Shown in pieces: positions 17,288 to 27,134 of a stretch of DNA of 64,000 bases. The notes under the pieces were generated by a model. It was not told where the DNA came from and made no database searches. It saw only the letters and a list, made by a program, of their open reading frames with translations. The stretch covers positions 363,264 through 427,263 of the forward strand of contig SVQK01000056.1 of assembly GCA_015065385.1 (NCBI GenBank). Direction: 5' to 3'. How positions within the stretch are numbered: the stretch's first letter is position 1; the number at the start of each line of letters is the position of its first letter. The stretch is from Oscillospiraceae bacterium (GTDB lineage: Bacteria; Bacillota; Clostridia; Oscillospirales; CAG-272). Both the position numbers and the translations under genes were made by a program.

Positions 17288-19063
17288 TTATCTTCTTCCG
17301 AAGAAATCGCTGAAGAAATCGAAGAAGCTGTTCATGTCGGGCGTCGATCCGGAGCTGTTTTCCTCGGGTTCCTCCTGTTCGGGTTCAGCTTCTGTGTCAA
17401 GGTCGTCCGGACGTTCGAACACCGTCACTTCAACCGCGATCAGCTTTCCGTCGCGGGAGACGCGGAAGTCGAGCTTGTCGCCCACCGAGGACTCCGCCAC
17501 GATGGATTTGACGTCGGAGACGGAGGTGATTTCCTCGCCGTTGATCGCCACGATCCGGTCTCCGGCTTCGAGAACCTTTTCATTGAAGCCTTCCGAGAGC
17601 GAGGCGATATACACGCCCTTCTTCATGTTCGAAGTACCGGAGGATTCCGTCAGAGAGACGCCGATATAGGGCTTCTTCTCCTCCTTCTTGTCGTCGGTCT
17701 TTTTCTCGTCTTTTTCTTTTTCGTCGTTTTCTGTCTTTGCGGATTCCTTCGCCGTCACGTCGGGCGTGCGCTCGAAGACGGTGACCTCGACTTCCATGAG
17801 CTTGTTTTCGCGGTAGAGCTGGAAGGTGATCTTGTCGCCGATGGCGGATGCCGAGACAATAGCCTTGATATCGTCGGAGGAGCTGATTTCCTCGCCGTTC
17901 ACCGCAATGACGCGGTCGCCTTCTTCAAGAACCTTGTCGTTCATGCCCTCGACCAGCTCTCTCACATACACGCCGGGCTTGACGTTCGAAGCCGCGCCGG
18001 AGCCGAATCCGAAGAAGGAGAGCCCGCTGTCGGATCCCACGTCCTCAAAGGAGACGCCGATCATCGGCTTGCCGGAGACATAGCCCTGCGTCAGAAGCTG
18101 TTCGGACACTTTCATCACCTGATTGACCGGGATCGCAAAGCCCAGACCCTCGATGCCCATGCCGGAGGACTTGGCGTTGACGATGCCGACCAACTCGCCC
18201 TTCATGTTGAACATGCCGCCGCCGGAGTTGCCGGGGTTGACCGCCGCGTTGGTCTGGATCAGGTGCATGGTCACGCCGCCCACCTGAATCTCGCGCTCCG
18301 TGGCGGAGACGATGCCGTTGGAGACGGAGCCGCCCAGCTTGCCGAGCGGGTTGCCGACGATGATCAGCTCTTCGCCCACGATCAGCTTGTCGCTGTCGCC
18401 GACCTGAGCGGGGAGAAGGTCTTTCGCGTCGATTTTGACGATGGCGATATCCTCGTCGGTGTCATAGGAAATCACCTCGGCGGGATATTCCGTGCCGTCC
18501 GTCAGTCTGACCGTCACCGTGTCGGCGGGAGTCTGCATGCTGCTGTCCAGAATGACGTGGGCGTTGGTGATGATATAGCCGTCGTCCGAGAGGATCACGC
18601 CGGAGCCCGCGCCGCCCGTGGTGTACTGGAACCAGGCGTTGCGCGTGGTGTATTCGGTGTTGATCTCCACGACGGAGTCCTTGACCATGGCCGCCACCTG
18701 CGCGTAGGTCATCGGTTCGCCGGACTTAGCGGTCGCGGAAACGGGCGTGCCCTGGGCGGATTTGTAAACGACAACCGAACGGTTGGACGATGAGGGTAGA
18801 GCTTCCTTCGTCTCGGCGGAAACCGCGCCGGATCCCGACAGGCGGTTGGCGAGCATCGTTCCGCCGAATCCGAAGGCGCCGGAGAGGACGACGCAGAGCG
18901 CGCACAGTCCCGCGGCGGCTTTCATGCTGACGAATTTATGAGGCTTTTGCGGCGCGTTTACCGGAGCCGGAGCGGATCCGGACACGCTGTACTGGTTCAT
19001 CGATGCGGAAATTCCCGTTTCGCTTTCAGTTTGATTGGTTGTAAAATCTGTGTATTTCATCAT
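17288..19063 (-). CDS. htrA: HtrA-family serine protease with N-terminal TM helix and two PDZ domains
   Basis: GSGVILSDDGYIITNAHV (His), DIAIVK (Asp), VNPGNSGG (Ser); two PDZ repeats. Confidence 0.93.
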   Translation of the reverse strand: MMKYTDFTTNQTESETGISASMNQYSVSGSAPAPVNAPQKPHKFVSMKAAAGLCALCVVLSGAFGFGGTMLANRLSGSGAVSAETKEALPSSSNRSVVVYKSAQGTPVSATAKSGEPMTYAQVAAMVKDSVVEINTEYTTRNAWFQYTTGGAGSGVILSDDGYIITNAHVILDSSMQTPADTVTVRLTDGTEYPAEVISYDTDEDIAIVKIDAKDLLPAQVGDSDKLIVGEELIIVGNPLGKLGGSVSNGIVSATEREIQVGGVTMHLIQTNAAVNPGNSGGGMFNMKGELVGIVNAKSSGMGIEGLGFAIPVNQVMKVSEQLLTQGYVSGKPMIGVSFEDVGSDSGLSFFGFGSGAASNVKPGVYVRELVEGMNDKVLEEGDRVIAVNGEEISSSDDIKAIVSASAIGDKITFQLYRENKLMEVEVTVFERTPDVTAKESAKTENDEKEKDEKKTDDKKEEKKPYIGVSLTESSGTSNMKKGVYIASLSEGFNEKVLEAGDRIVAINGEEITSVSDVKSIVAESSVGDKLDFRVSRDGKLIAVEVTVFERPDDLDTEAEPEQEEPEENSSGSTPDMNSFFDFFSDFFGRR

Positions 19064-19118
19064 GATTCCCTTTCTCCGGGGGAGGCGATCCGCCCGGTCT
19101 TCCTTGTTTGCATGGAGT

Positions 19119-19186
19119 ATTGTAATCCCCGAATGTGACGCTTATATGACGCCGTGTGAAAAAGCATCTGAAATGTGGTTTCACAT
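19119..19186 (-). promoter_or_regulatory. htrA promoter with tandem TCACA-like repeats
   Basis: Minus-strand TACAAT at 19119-19124; repeat hexamers at 19134, 19145, 19155 and 19167 (about 11 bp period), including TTTTCACA. Confidence 0.55.
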
Positions 19187-19256
19187 CGGAAAGAACGGAA
19201 AAAAGCCGCGATCCTCCGGATAAAGGAGAACCGCGGAAATACTGCGGGGTGGAAAG

Positions 19257-21134
19257 TCAGTCGAATTTCGTGTAATCGTCCACGAGCGCGATCTCGTCGA
19301 GCCAGACGGGATGCCCTTTCATCTCCGACGCGTTCAGGCAGTAGTAGAAGTAAACGCCCGTCACGCAGGAGGTGGATTTCAGCTGTTCGAGGGTCCCGCG
19401 CTTCAGCATGTTCTCGACCGGGAACGCGAGCCAGCCCTTGAATCCCCGGACGGAGCTGTCCTGCTGAGCGCCGAAGCATCCGTCGCCGCCGTGGCTCATC
19501 TTCCGCCACTCGGTCTGCCCCTCCGGAAGGATCCAGAACGGCGACGGCGTGTCCATGTCGTCCGTCCGGTAGGGCATGAGATTCATTTCGTTGACAACAA
19601 GGCCGAAGCAGGCTTTGCGGAAGTCGATCGGCGTCCCGTCCCCCGTCAGATCCATCCAGACTCTGAGATAGCCGAGGTCCCCGAGAAGACCGGACTGCGC
19701 GAGCGGGATCTTCACCTCGGCGTTGTTCGACGTTGTAGTATCTCCGAAGTTGAGCCGTCCGACGCCGAGGGCCTTCGAACCGTCCACACCGCGCCCGTCC
19801 GCGATCTCCACGGTGATTTTCTCCACCAGCGCGTCGTCGTTGTAGTTGTTGTCCCAGCCGCATTTCTCGATCTCGGGCTCGTAGGAATCGAAATCGAGAA
19901 CCACGCCGCCCGGGAGGGGATCGGCTTCGGCAAATTCCGCGGGCTCCGTCATCCGGTTCTCGTCCACATAGCTGATGTAGGTTTCAATGTCCTCCGGATT
20001 CTCCTCCCGGATCACAAAGACCCGCGCGCCGAGCATGTCCATGTCGCAGTAGCCGGTCTCGCTCACGGTGGAGCAGTAGCAGAGCTTGATCCCGCCGTAC
20101 TTCACCATGTAGTCGTTCACATGGTCGTGCCCGTTCACCACGGCTTTGACGTCGCCCCGCTCCAGCAGGACGGAGAACAGGCCGGAGTTGACCTCGGACG
20201 CGCAGACCGCCTCCCGCTTTTCCCCGGTGTGTTCGAGCGCTTCCCGGTTGACCCATGCCGCGTATGTCTCCTGCAGGGGAATGTGAAACGCCATCAGCCC
20301 GGGGATCTTCTCTCCGGCATAGGCCTCCATCGCCATGGACGTCTCCCGGTACCACGCGATCTGCGCGGGCTTGATGTAGTCGTACCCGCTGTTGGCGTAT
20401 CCCTGAAAGATGCTGCCCGCCGGTTCGAGCGACGCCCGTTCCCACTCGCTGAGGTACATCCCGGAGTCGAGCGCCCACACGTTGAAGCGGATTTTCGCGC
20501 CGTCCGAAGAATACACGGGCAGAACGTAGTTTCCGACGCCGGGCAGGGAAGGATCTCCCGACTGGGAGACGCACATGCCGAAGGACTCGTAGATCTGCTG
20601 CTGCTTTTCCTTCGGGACGTTGTTTCCCTCCGCGTCGTGATTGCCGTAGACGTGCGCCCACGGGATCTGCTTTTCCTCGAGAACCTCTGTCATGTCGCCC
20701 ACGCAGCTTTCCAGCGCGGCGGGGGAGGAGAGTCCCCATGTGTTGTCCCCGTCGAAGAGAACGAGGTCGGGATCCTCGCGCTCCACGAGCTTTGCGATAT
20801 TGGTCTTGGCCAGCGTCGAAATCTTCGGGCCGGGGCCGTGAATGTCGGAAAAGACGAGGATGTGAAACTCCCCGTTTTCATCGAACCGGAGCGGGTGACG
20901 GCTCTCCGTCCACGGGCTTGCCTCCTTCGCGGGATCGTCCGGAACAGCTCCGCCGCCGTCTGTTTTTTGTTCTTCCGTCGGAGCCGGAGCCGGATCGGGA
21001 GAGGAAACGGATTCCGTGAGGGGACCGGTCTCCACCTCCGTCGGCTTCGGCGTGCGGGAACAGGAAACAAGAGAAGTCAAAATCGTCAGGACCGCCAGTA
21101 CAAGAGCGGTCCGCGCGCGCACAGAATGAACCAT
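19257..21134 (-). CDS. Lipoprotein calcineurin-like metallophosphoesterase with a C-terminal beta-sandwich-like domain
   Basis: LVSC lipobox; SDIH, FDGDN, YGNHD, AFHIP, NGHDHVND motifs. Confidence 0.88.
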   Translation of the reverse strand: MVHSVRARTALVLAVLTILTSLVSCSRTPKPTEVETGPLTESVSSPDPAPAPTEEQKTDGGGAVPDDPAKEASPWTESRHPLRFDENGEFHILVFSDIHGPGPKISTLAKTNIAKLVEREDPDLVLFDGDNTWGLSSPAALESCVGDMTEVLEEKQIPWAHVYGNHDAEGNNVPKEKQQQIYESFGMCVSQSGDPSLPGVGNYVLPVYSSDGAKIRFNVWALDSGMYLSEWERASLEPAGSIFQGYANSGYDYIKPAQIAWYRETSMAMEAYAGEKIPGLMAFHIPLQETYAAWVNREALEHTGEKREAVCASEVNSGLFSVLLERGDVKAVVNGHDHVNDYMVKYGGIKLCYCSTVSETGYCDMDMLGARVFVIREENPEDIETYISYVDENRMTEPAEFAEADPLPGGVVLDFDSYEPEIEKCGWDNNYNDDALVEKITVEIADGRGVDGSKALGVGRLNFGDTTTSNNAEVKIPLAQSGLLGDLGYLRVWMDLTGDGTPIDFRKACFGLVVNEMNLMPYRTDDMDTPSPFWILPEGQTEWRKMSHGGDGCFGAQQDSSVRGFKGWLAFPVENMLKRGTLEQLKSTSCVTGVYFYYCLNASEMKGHPVWLDEIALVDDYTKFD

Positions 21135-21340
21135 CGCAAAGCTCCTTTCAAACGCGGAAATTCACCCGTATTATAGCACAACCGGAGCGCGGACGTCAAC
21201 GGATCGGGACGAAATCCGTGTTTTGGAATGAGGATCGTTCGGAAAGATTCGACGGAGGGTCGATTGTCAAGACAAAACCGGAGAGGTAAAATACAGTTGG
21301 AAGATCAGCGACAGATCCGGACCGGAAACAGGAGGACAGT

Positions 21341-23488
21341 ATGGACTACAGCATCACGGCGGAAATCATCCGAAAAGCGCGGATCCGCAGCGGAATCACT
21401 CAGAAAGAGCTCGCAGCCCGGCTCGGCGTGACGAATACCGCCGTTTCCAAATGGGAGCGCGGTCTCGGGATGCCGGACGTCTCCCTGCTTCTGCCCCTCT
21501 GCGACGCGCTCCGCATCACAGTCTCCGCTCTTTTGGGCAAGGAGGACGACGGCAGCGTGCCCGGAAGAACGGACTGCCTGACCGTGAATCAGATCGACAC
21601 GCCGACAGTCGGCGAAAGAAACGAGGAGAATGCCATGACATTTGAAATCGACACCGGGAGAACCATGAAGCTCTCCCCCTATGTCTTCGGACACAATCTC
21701 GAACACACCCGGTCCGCCGTAGCGGGAAGCGGGGGACTGTCCGCGCAGATGCTCCGCAACCGGAAATTCGCCGGAAAGTCCGGGAAAAACAGCGGCGTCG
21801 CTGCCGAGTGGCGCGGGATCGGAGACCGGGCGTTCTTCCAGCTCGGAGGACGTCCCTGCTATACCCGTCACATCGGATGCGAGCGGATGGTGCGCCGGGG
21901 CGAGCTCAACTCCCAGAGCGTTCAGAACGTCCACGGCGGGTTATGCGGGCTGACGCAGCGGGATCTTGCCATAGTATCCGGCAAACGGTACGAGATCCGC
22001 GCCGTCACGATGTGTTCCGTTCCCGTCGCGCTGGCGGTCGAGCTGACGGACCGGAAGGGAGAGACCGTCTATGCGCGGGCGGAGCTTTCCCTTGTTCCCG
22101 GAGACTGGGAGACGCACAAGGTCACCCTCGACCCGGATACGGACGACAGCGAGGCCGCGGTCCGCTTTGTCTTCACGGAGCGGGCGGAGGTCATCTTCGG
22201 CGCGCTGTCCATGATGCCGGAGGACAATTTCCACGGCATGCGGCTTGACGCGGTTCGCTGCCTGAAAGAGATCGGCCCGACGATCCTCCGCTGGCCGGGC
22301 GGCAATTTCGCCGGAGAATACCGCTGGAAGGACGGACTGCTTCCCTCCGATATGCGCGGCCCTCTTCAGGCGGCAATGGAGATCGAGAGCGAGCCGCACT
22401 CGCACGGATACGACTTTCATGAGATCTCGACGGACGATTTCGTCGCCCTGTGCAGGGAGATCGGCGCGGAGCCGTTTCTGACCATCAATCTCGTGTGGAA
22501 CAGCACGGAGGACAGCGCGGACTGGGTGGAATACTGCAACGGGTCCGCCGACACCGAATACGGAAGACGGCGCGTGGAAAACGGCTATCCCGACCCCTAC
22601 GGCGTCCGGTTCTGGTCCCTCGGCAACGAAATGGGATACAGCCACATGGAAGGTCCCCGCGGTCCCGAGGAATACGCAGCTCTGGCGGCGACCCATGTCG
22701 AAGCCATGAAGGCGGTCTCGCCCGATATCGAGCTTTTCTCCTCCGGCCCCTATCCGAACGACCAGTGGGCCGAAAAATCCGCCGCAAAGCTGGCCGCCGA
22801 CGTCAAGACCATCTCCCTCCACCATTACGCCCAGGCGGCGATGGACTACACGACCCCGGAAAAGATCGCGGATACCTACAAGAGCATCGTCGCCTCCGTT
22901 TCCGGCGCGGAAGATCTGGCGCGGTGGATGCGGCGTTCCCTCGACGCGACGGGTGAAAAACTGCTGATCTCCTTCGACGAGTGGAATTTCTGGTACGCGT
23001 GGTACCGTCCCTCCTGCGTGGGAGAGGGGATCTTCGCGGCGAAGATGCTTCACATGCTGCTTTCCGTTTCGAATGAACTCGACATTCCGTACTGCTGCTA
23101 CTTCCAGCCCGTCGGGGAAGGGGCGATCCTTATCGACGAGGACGGCGCGCGGCTGACGGCAAACGGACAGATGTTTGCCATGATGAAAGCGCACTGCGGC
23201 GGCAATCTCTGCGCGCTGACCGGAGCGGACCGGTATTCCGCGGTTGCTACGGAAAAGGACGGCGTTCTGACACTGACCCTGATCAACGACAGCTTCGATA
23301 CCGAGAAAGCGTTCTGCTTCAACCTCCCCGGAAAGGATCCGGAGGGTGAGCTGTACGCGTCGGAGGAGGTCACGCCGTACACCTGCTTTGAGAAGAGACC
23401 TCTTGACGTGAAGGCGGAAAACGGCCATGCAGCAGTCGTCCTGCCTCCTCACAGCGCGGCGAAGATCACCGTCCGGATCGGAAGGTGA
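21341..23488 (+). CDS. XRE helix-turn-helix fused in frame to a GH51 alpha-L-arabinofuranosidase
   Basis: N-terminal ITQKELAARLGVTNTAVSKWERG; then GHNLEH, LRWPGGNFA, WSLGNE, SFDEWN. Internal RBS and ATG at 21635. Confidence 0.88.
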   Translation: MDYSITAEIIRKARIRSGITQKELAARLGVTNTAVSKWERGLGMPDVSLLLPLCDALRITVSALLGKEDDGSVPGRTDCLTVNQIDTPTVGERNEENAMTFEIDTGRTMKLSPYVFGHNLEHTRSAVAGSGGLSAQMLRNRKFAGKSGKNSGVAAEWRGIGDRAFFQLGGRPCYTRHIGCERMVRRGELNSQSVQNVHGGLCGLTQRDLAIVSGKRYEIRAVTMCSVPVALAVELTDRKGETVYARAELSLVPGDWETHKVTLDPDTDDSEAAVRFVFTERAEVIFGALSMMPEDNFHGMRLDAVRCLKEIGPTILRWPGGNFAGEYRWKDGLLPSDMRGPLQAAMEIESEPHSHGYDFHEISTDDFVALCREIGAEPFLTINLVWNSTEDSADWVEYCNGSADTEYGRRRVENGYPDPYGVRFWSLGNEMGYSHMEGPRGPEEYAALAATHVEAMKAVSPDIELFSSGPYPNDQWAEKSAAKLAADVKTISLHHYAQAAMDYTTPEKIADTYKSIVASVSGAEDLARWMRRSLDATGEKLLISFDEWNFWYAWYRPSCVGEGIFAAKMLHMLLSVSNELDIPYCCYFQPVGEGAILIDEDGARLTANGQMFAMMKAHCGGNLCALTGADRYSAVATEKDGVLTLTLINDSFDTEKAFCFNLPGKDPEGELYASEEVTPYTCFEKRPLDVKAENGHAAVVLPPHSAAKITVRIGR

Positions 23489-23511
23489 CGGACGAACAGG
23501 AGGAATAAACC

Positions 23512-25027
23512 ATGAAGCAGAATCTGCGCAGAACTGCCGCTTTCATGCTTGCCATGCTGACGGCAGCTTCCCTGTACGCATGCGCCGGCGAAACCAAAGA
23601 CTCCGAAACAGACTCTCCCGGAATATCGGATGCGCCGTCCGTCACCCCCCGCCGACGATCCGTCCGCGGTCGAAACGGCTCCGGAAACGGAAGCACGGGT
23701 GGACGGCCCCGAAAAGACGGACCTCGGCGGATACGAACTCAAAATCGTGACTTCTACATGGTTCAACAACGACGGGATCATCCATCCGGAGGAGCTGACC
23801 GGAGAGGTCATCAACGACGCGGTCTACAACGCGAATCTCGGCGTCGCGGAGACCTACAACTGCGGGTTTGCCCCGATCATCCTTGATACCTATCCGGCCG
23901 TGACACAGGCCGTGGAGCTCGCCGTCAAATCGGGGATGGATGAGTATGATTTATCCTACAACCACGACAACCAAACCGTTGCGAACGCCATGAAAGGATA
24001 TTTTCTGAACATCCGGGGTTCGGACGTTTTCAACTTCGACGCCCCGTGGTGGACGAAGACCGCGGAGGACTTCACGGTCGGCGGCGGCCTGTATTTCGCG
24101 GCGAACTATGTGACCTACAGCCCGCTGTACTTCGGCTTCACCCTCGTCTACAACAAGGACATCGCGGCCAACTACGGGATCGAGATCCCCTACGACCGGA
24201 TCTTCGCCGGGGACTGGTATCTCGAGGACTTCATCGCCATGACGAAGGACACGAATCAGGATCTGGACGGGGACGGGGAAATGACCGTCGGCCGGGATCA
24301 GTACGGGTTCATGGCAAGCTCCCTCGGCCTTGTGAATTTCCAGGTGTCCCTCGGTATTTCCGTGCTCGGCAAGGACGAGGAGGGCTATCTCACCTTCTCC
24401 GTGGATCAGGAACGGCTCTCAAAGGCGCTTGACATGATCGGCAGGCTGATGGAGAACGGGATCAACAAGGACGACGTTCCGGGCGAGCCGTGGGGATACG
24501 GCACGAGCCATTTCGCCGACGGTCAGGTGCTGTTCAACTATCCGCAGATCGTCGATATCCCCGCGCAGATGCACGATACAGACGTGCGGTTCGGAACGCT
24601 CCCGCCGCCGAAGCTCGACGAGAACCAGAAGGACTATATTTCGGGCTGCTTCGATGTGTACTGGGCGATCCCGAAGACCGCGTACGAACGGGTGGACACC
24701 ATTGCCACCATCGTGGAGGGCATGGGCCACAACTGTTATTACGACGTCCTCCCCGCGGCCTACGAGACCACGCTTCAGGTACGGTTCTCCGACTCCCCGA
24801 ACGACGCGCGCGCTTTCGAGATCATCCGCGACTCCATGTGCGTGGACGTCGGATACGCGTTCAATGAACATTGCACCGCTCTGTCCGGGATCGTCCGAGC
24901 GTTCTCGACCATGACGTCCGGGACCATGGCTTCCGAAATCGCCAAGAACGAAACGATGCTGAAAAAACAGCTCAGCAAGACCAATGACAAGATCCGCAAG
25001 ATGAACGAGGAATGGGCAAGACCCTGA
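23512..25027 (+). pseudogene. Extracellular solute-binding lipoprotein split by a +1 frameshift in a C6 tract
   Basis: Signal peptide (LYAC) is in the frame starting at 23512; the SBP body (GEVINDAVY, DLDGDG, FGTLPPPKLDE) is in another frame. Removing one C at 23645-23650 joins them. Confidence 0.82.
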
Positions 25028-25047
25028 TCGAACCGGACGGATCGATG

Positions 25048-25084
25048 AAAACGCTTTCTTCCGCAATGGAAGGAGGCGTTTTTT
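25048..25084 (+). terminator. Intrinsic terminator
   Basis: AACGCTTTCTTCC-GCAAT-GGAAGGAGGCGTT plus T run. Confidence 0.8.
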
Positions 25085-25121
25085 CAGCCCTCGGCGCGGG
25101 ACTTTCAGACCGGCCGAAAAT

Positions 25122-25165
25122 GTCGCTTCTCAGGCGACCATTTGATCCCTCCGGTGTGGTATGAT
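25122..25165 (+). promoter_or_regulatory. Palindromic GTCGC-N7-GCGAC site plus extended -10 upstream of the vWA gene
   Basis: GTCGC 25122-25126 / GCGAC 25134-25138; TGgTATGAT at 25157-25165; poor -35. Confidence 0.5.
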
Positions 25166-25208
25166 GGGGGCACAGAGAAAAAACACTTCAAAAACGGAGG
25201 ATTTCAGC

Positions 25209-25841
25209 ATGAAAAAAGGACTGACCGAACTTGTATTCATTCTCGACCGGAGCGGATCGATGGCTCCCCTGACGGACGACACCATCGGCGGGTTCAACGC
25301 GATGATCGAGAAGCAGAAAAAAGAGGAAGGGGAGTGCCTCGTCTCCACGGTCCTCTTTGCAAACGACAGCCGGGTGATCCACGACCGCATACCGCTCTCC
25401 GAAGTGCCGGAGCTGACGGACCGGGAGTATTACGCCGGAGGATGCACCGCACTCCTTGACGCTGTGGGCGGAGCTGTCAAGCACATCTCGACCATCCACC
25501 GCTATGCGAGGGCGGAGGATGTCCCGGAAAAGACCCTCTTCGTCATCACCACCGACGGCATGGAAAACGCCAGTCACAAATACTCCGGAAAACAGGTCCG
25601 GGAGACGGTGGAGAATATGAAGAAGGAGCGCGGATGGGAATTCATTTTTCTCGCGGCCAACATCGACGCTGCGGAGGCTGCCTCGAAGATCGGCATTTCC
25701 CGGGAATGGGCGATGAACTACACCGCCGACGCGAAGGAGACCGCCCGCCTGTACCGCCGGATCGGACGCACCGTGGGAGCTGCCCGCGCCTGCGCCCCCG
25801 CCGCCGATCTGAACGCTGCCCTCCGGGACGACATCGACTGA
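25209..25841 (+). CDS. Stand-alone von Willebrand factor A domain protein
   Basis: MIDAS motif DRSGSM, GCTALLDA, VITTDGMENAS. Confidence 0.92.
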   Translation: MKKGLTELVFILDRSGSMAPLTDDTIGGFNAMIEKQKKEEGECLVSTVLFANDSRVIHDRIPLSEVPELTDREYYAGGCTALLDAVGGAVKHISTIHRYARAEDVPEKTLFVITTDGMENASHKYSGKQVRETVENMKKERGWEFIFLAANIDAAEAASKIGISREWAMNYTADAKETARLYRRIGRTVGAARACAPAADLNAALRDDID

Positions 25842-25849
25842 TTCCGCCG

Positions 25850-26926
25850 TCACGCTCCGATCTGCTTCTGGTCGAAGGCGTACAGCGCTTCGTTGATCTC
25901 AAAGACGTTGTAATTGCCCCGCTCGATGAAGTACTTCACGATCACGTCGAAGGGCGCGGATGGCGAGAGGGCATACCCTGCTTTGAGCAAAAGCTCCTCC
26001 GTCTCGGCGAGGGACAGCTCGAGCGCGATGGCGAAGGCGAGGGCCGTCGTCTTGCTTGGCCTGTATTGAGGATCGCTCCGGATCTTCGAGAACAGCTTCC
26101 GGTCCACGTTGGCACGCCGGTAGCACTCCGCGTCCTTCATCCCGCGTTCGTCGATCTTGCGCAGCAGCATTTCCGAAAAGCTCTCGTCGATCATCGAGAG
26201 GGCCTCTTCGAGCGAGACGGAATCCGCGGCTGTGTCCGGGAAAAAGCCCCCGGCGGAGGAAAGCGTCGGAGGGGCCGATTCCTCCTGCCTTTTGCACGCA
26301 TCCGCGCGGGGCGCTCGTTCGGCGAGAAATCCGACGCGGCGGAAGAGCCCTTTCTTCTTCTCCGGCGCGGCAGCGGAGCAGGGGTTTGCCTCGCGCGGGA
26401 ATCCGGTCAGCCCCTCGAGAGTCCGGTTCAGCTCTCCGTACGTCCCGCGCATGGATGCCGGCGGATCGAACAGAACCAGAAGGACGGTCATTTCGTCGTG
26501 TCCGTCCGCGAGAAACGCCCCGATCTCTTCCCCCGCGACCCGGAGCGCGATCGGGCGGGGCATTCCGTATGCTCCCGCGGAAACCAGAGGAAACGCAACG
26601 GACGCGCATCCCGATTCCGCGGCGAGATGGAGGGATCTGCGGTAGCAGGACGCGAGGATCTCCTCCTCACCCCGGCCTCCGCCCTCCCAGACGGGGCCGA
26701 CGGTGTGGATCACGAACCGCGCGGGCAGACCGTAGGCGGCGGTGCGTTTCGCCTCTCCGGGAGCGCATCCCCCGAGCGTTTCGCACTCCTTCCGCAATCC
26801 CGGGCCCGCCGCCCTGTGGATCGCGCCGTCTACGCCCCCGCCTCCGAGCAGGGAAGGATTGGCGGCGTTGACGATCGCGTCGGCTCGGATCTTCGTGATA
26901 TCCCCGTGAATCAGGTAGAAGGGCAT
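25850..26926 (-). CDS. Macrodomain (YmdB/MacroD-type) fused to a C-terminal XRE-like helix-turn-helix domain
   Basis: GDITK, IVNAANPSLLGGGGVDGAIH, IHTVGP, AFPLVSAGAYG; C-terminal CYRRANVDRKLFSKI...ALELSLAETEELLLKAGYAL. Confidence 0.9.
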   Translation of the reverse strand: MPFYLIHGDITKIRADAIVNAANPSLLGGGGVDGAIHRAAGPGLRKECETLGGCAPGEAKRTAAYGLPARFVIHTVGPVWEGGGRGEEEILASCYRRSLHLAAESGCASVAFPLVSAGAYGMPRPIALRVAGEEIGAFLADGHDEMTVLLVLFDPPASMRGTYGELNRTLEGLTGFPREANPCSAAAPEKKKGLFRRVGFLAERAPRADACKRQEESAPPTLSSAGGFFPDTAADSVSLEEALSMIDESFSEMLLRKIDERGMKDAECYRRANVDRKLFSKIRSDPQYRPSKTTALAFAIALELSLAETEELLLKAGYALSPSAPFDVIVKYFIERGNYNVFEINEALYAFDQKQIGA

Positions 26927-26970
26927 GGTCAAAGCTCCTTTCGCGTGCGGCATGGTCATCTTCCGCTCCT

Positions 26971-26999
26971 ATTATAGCAAAAATCCGCGGCTTTCGCAA
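26971..26999 (-). promoter_or_regulatory. sigmaA promoter of the macrodomain gene
   Basis: Minus strand TTGCGA, 17 nt spacer, TGcTATAAT. Confidence 0.65.
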
Positions 27000-27077
27000 G
27001 GGAGTACGGCAAATGGGGGAGAAACGGAGGCGTTGTGAAAAAACTTTCGGAAAAACGAAAAAATGCGCGATTTCCTC

Positions 27078-27106
27078 TTGACAGGCCGGACGGTGAGTGC
27101 TATAAT
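27078..27106 (+). promoter_or_regulatory. Consensus sigmaA promoter of the leader peptide/symporter transcript
   Basis: TTGACA (27078-27083), 17 nt spacer, TGcTATAAT (-10 at 27101-27106). Confidence 0.9.
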
Positions 27107-27134
27107 GTGTAAAAATTCAGCCAAGGGGAAAAAT

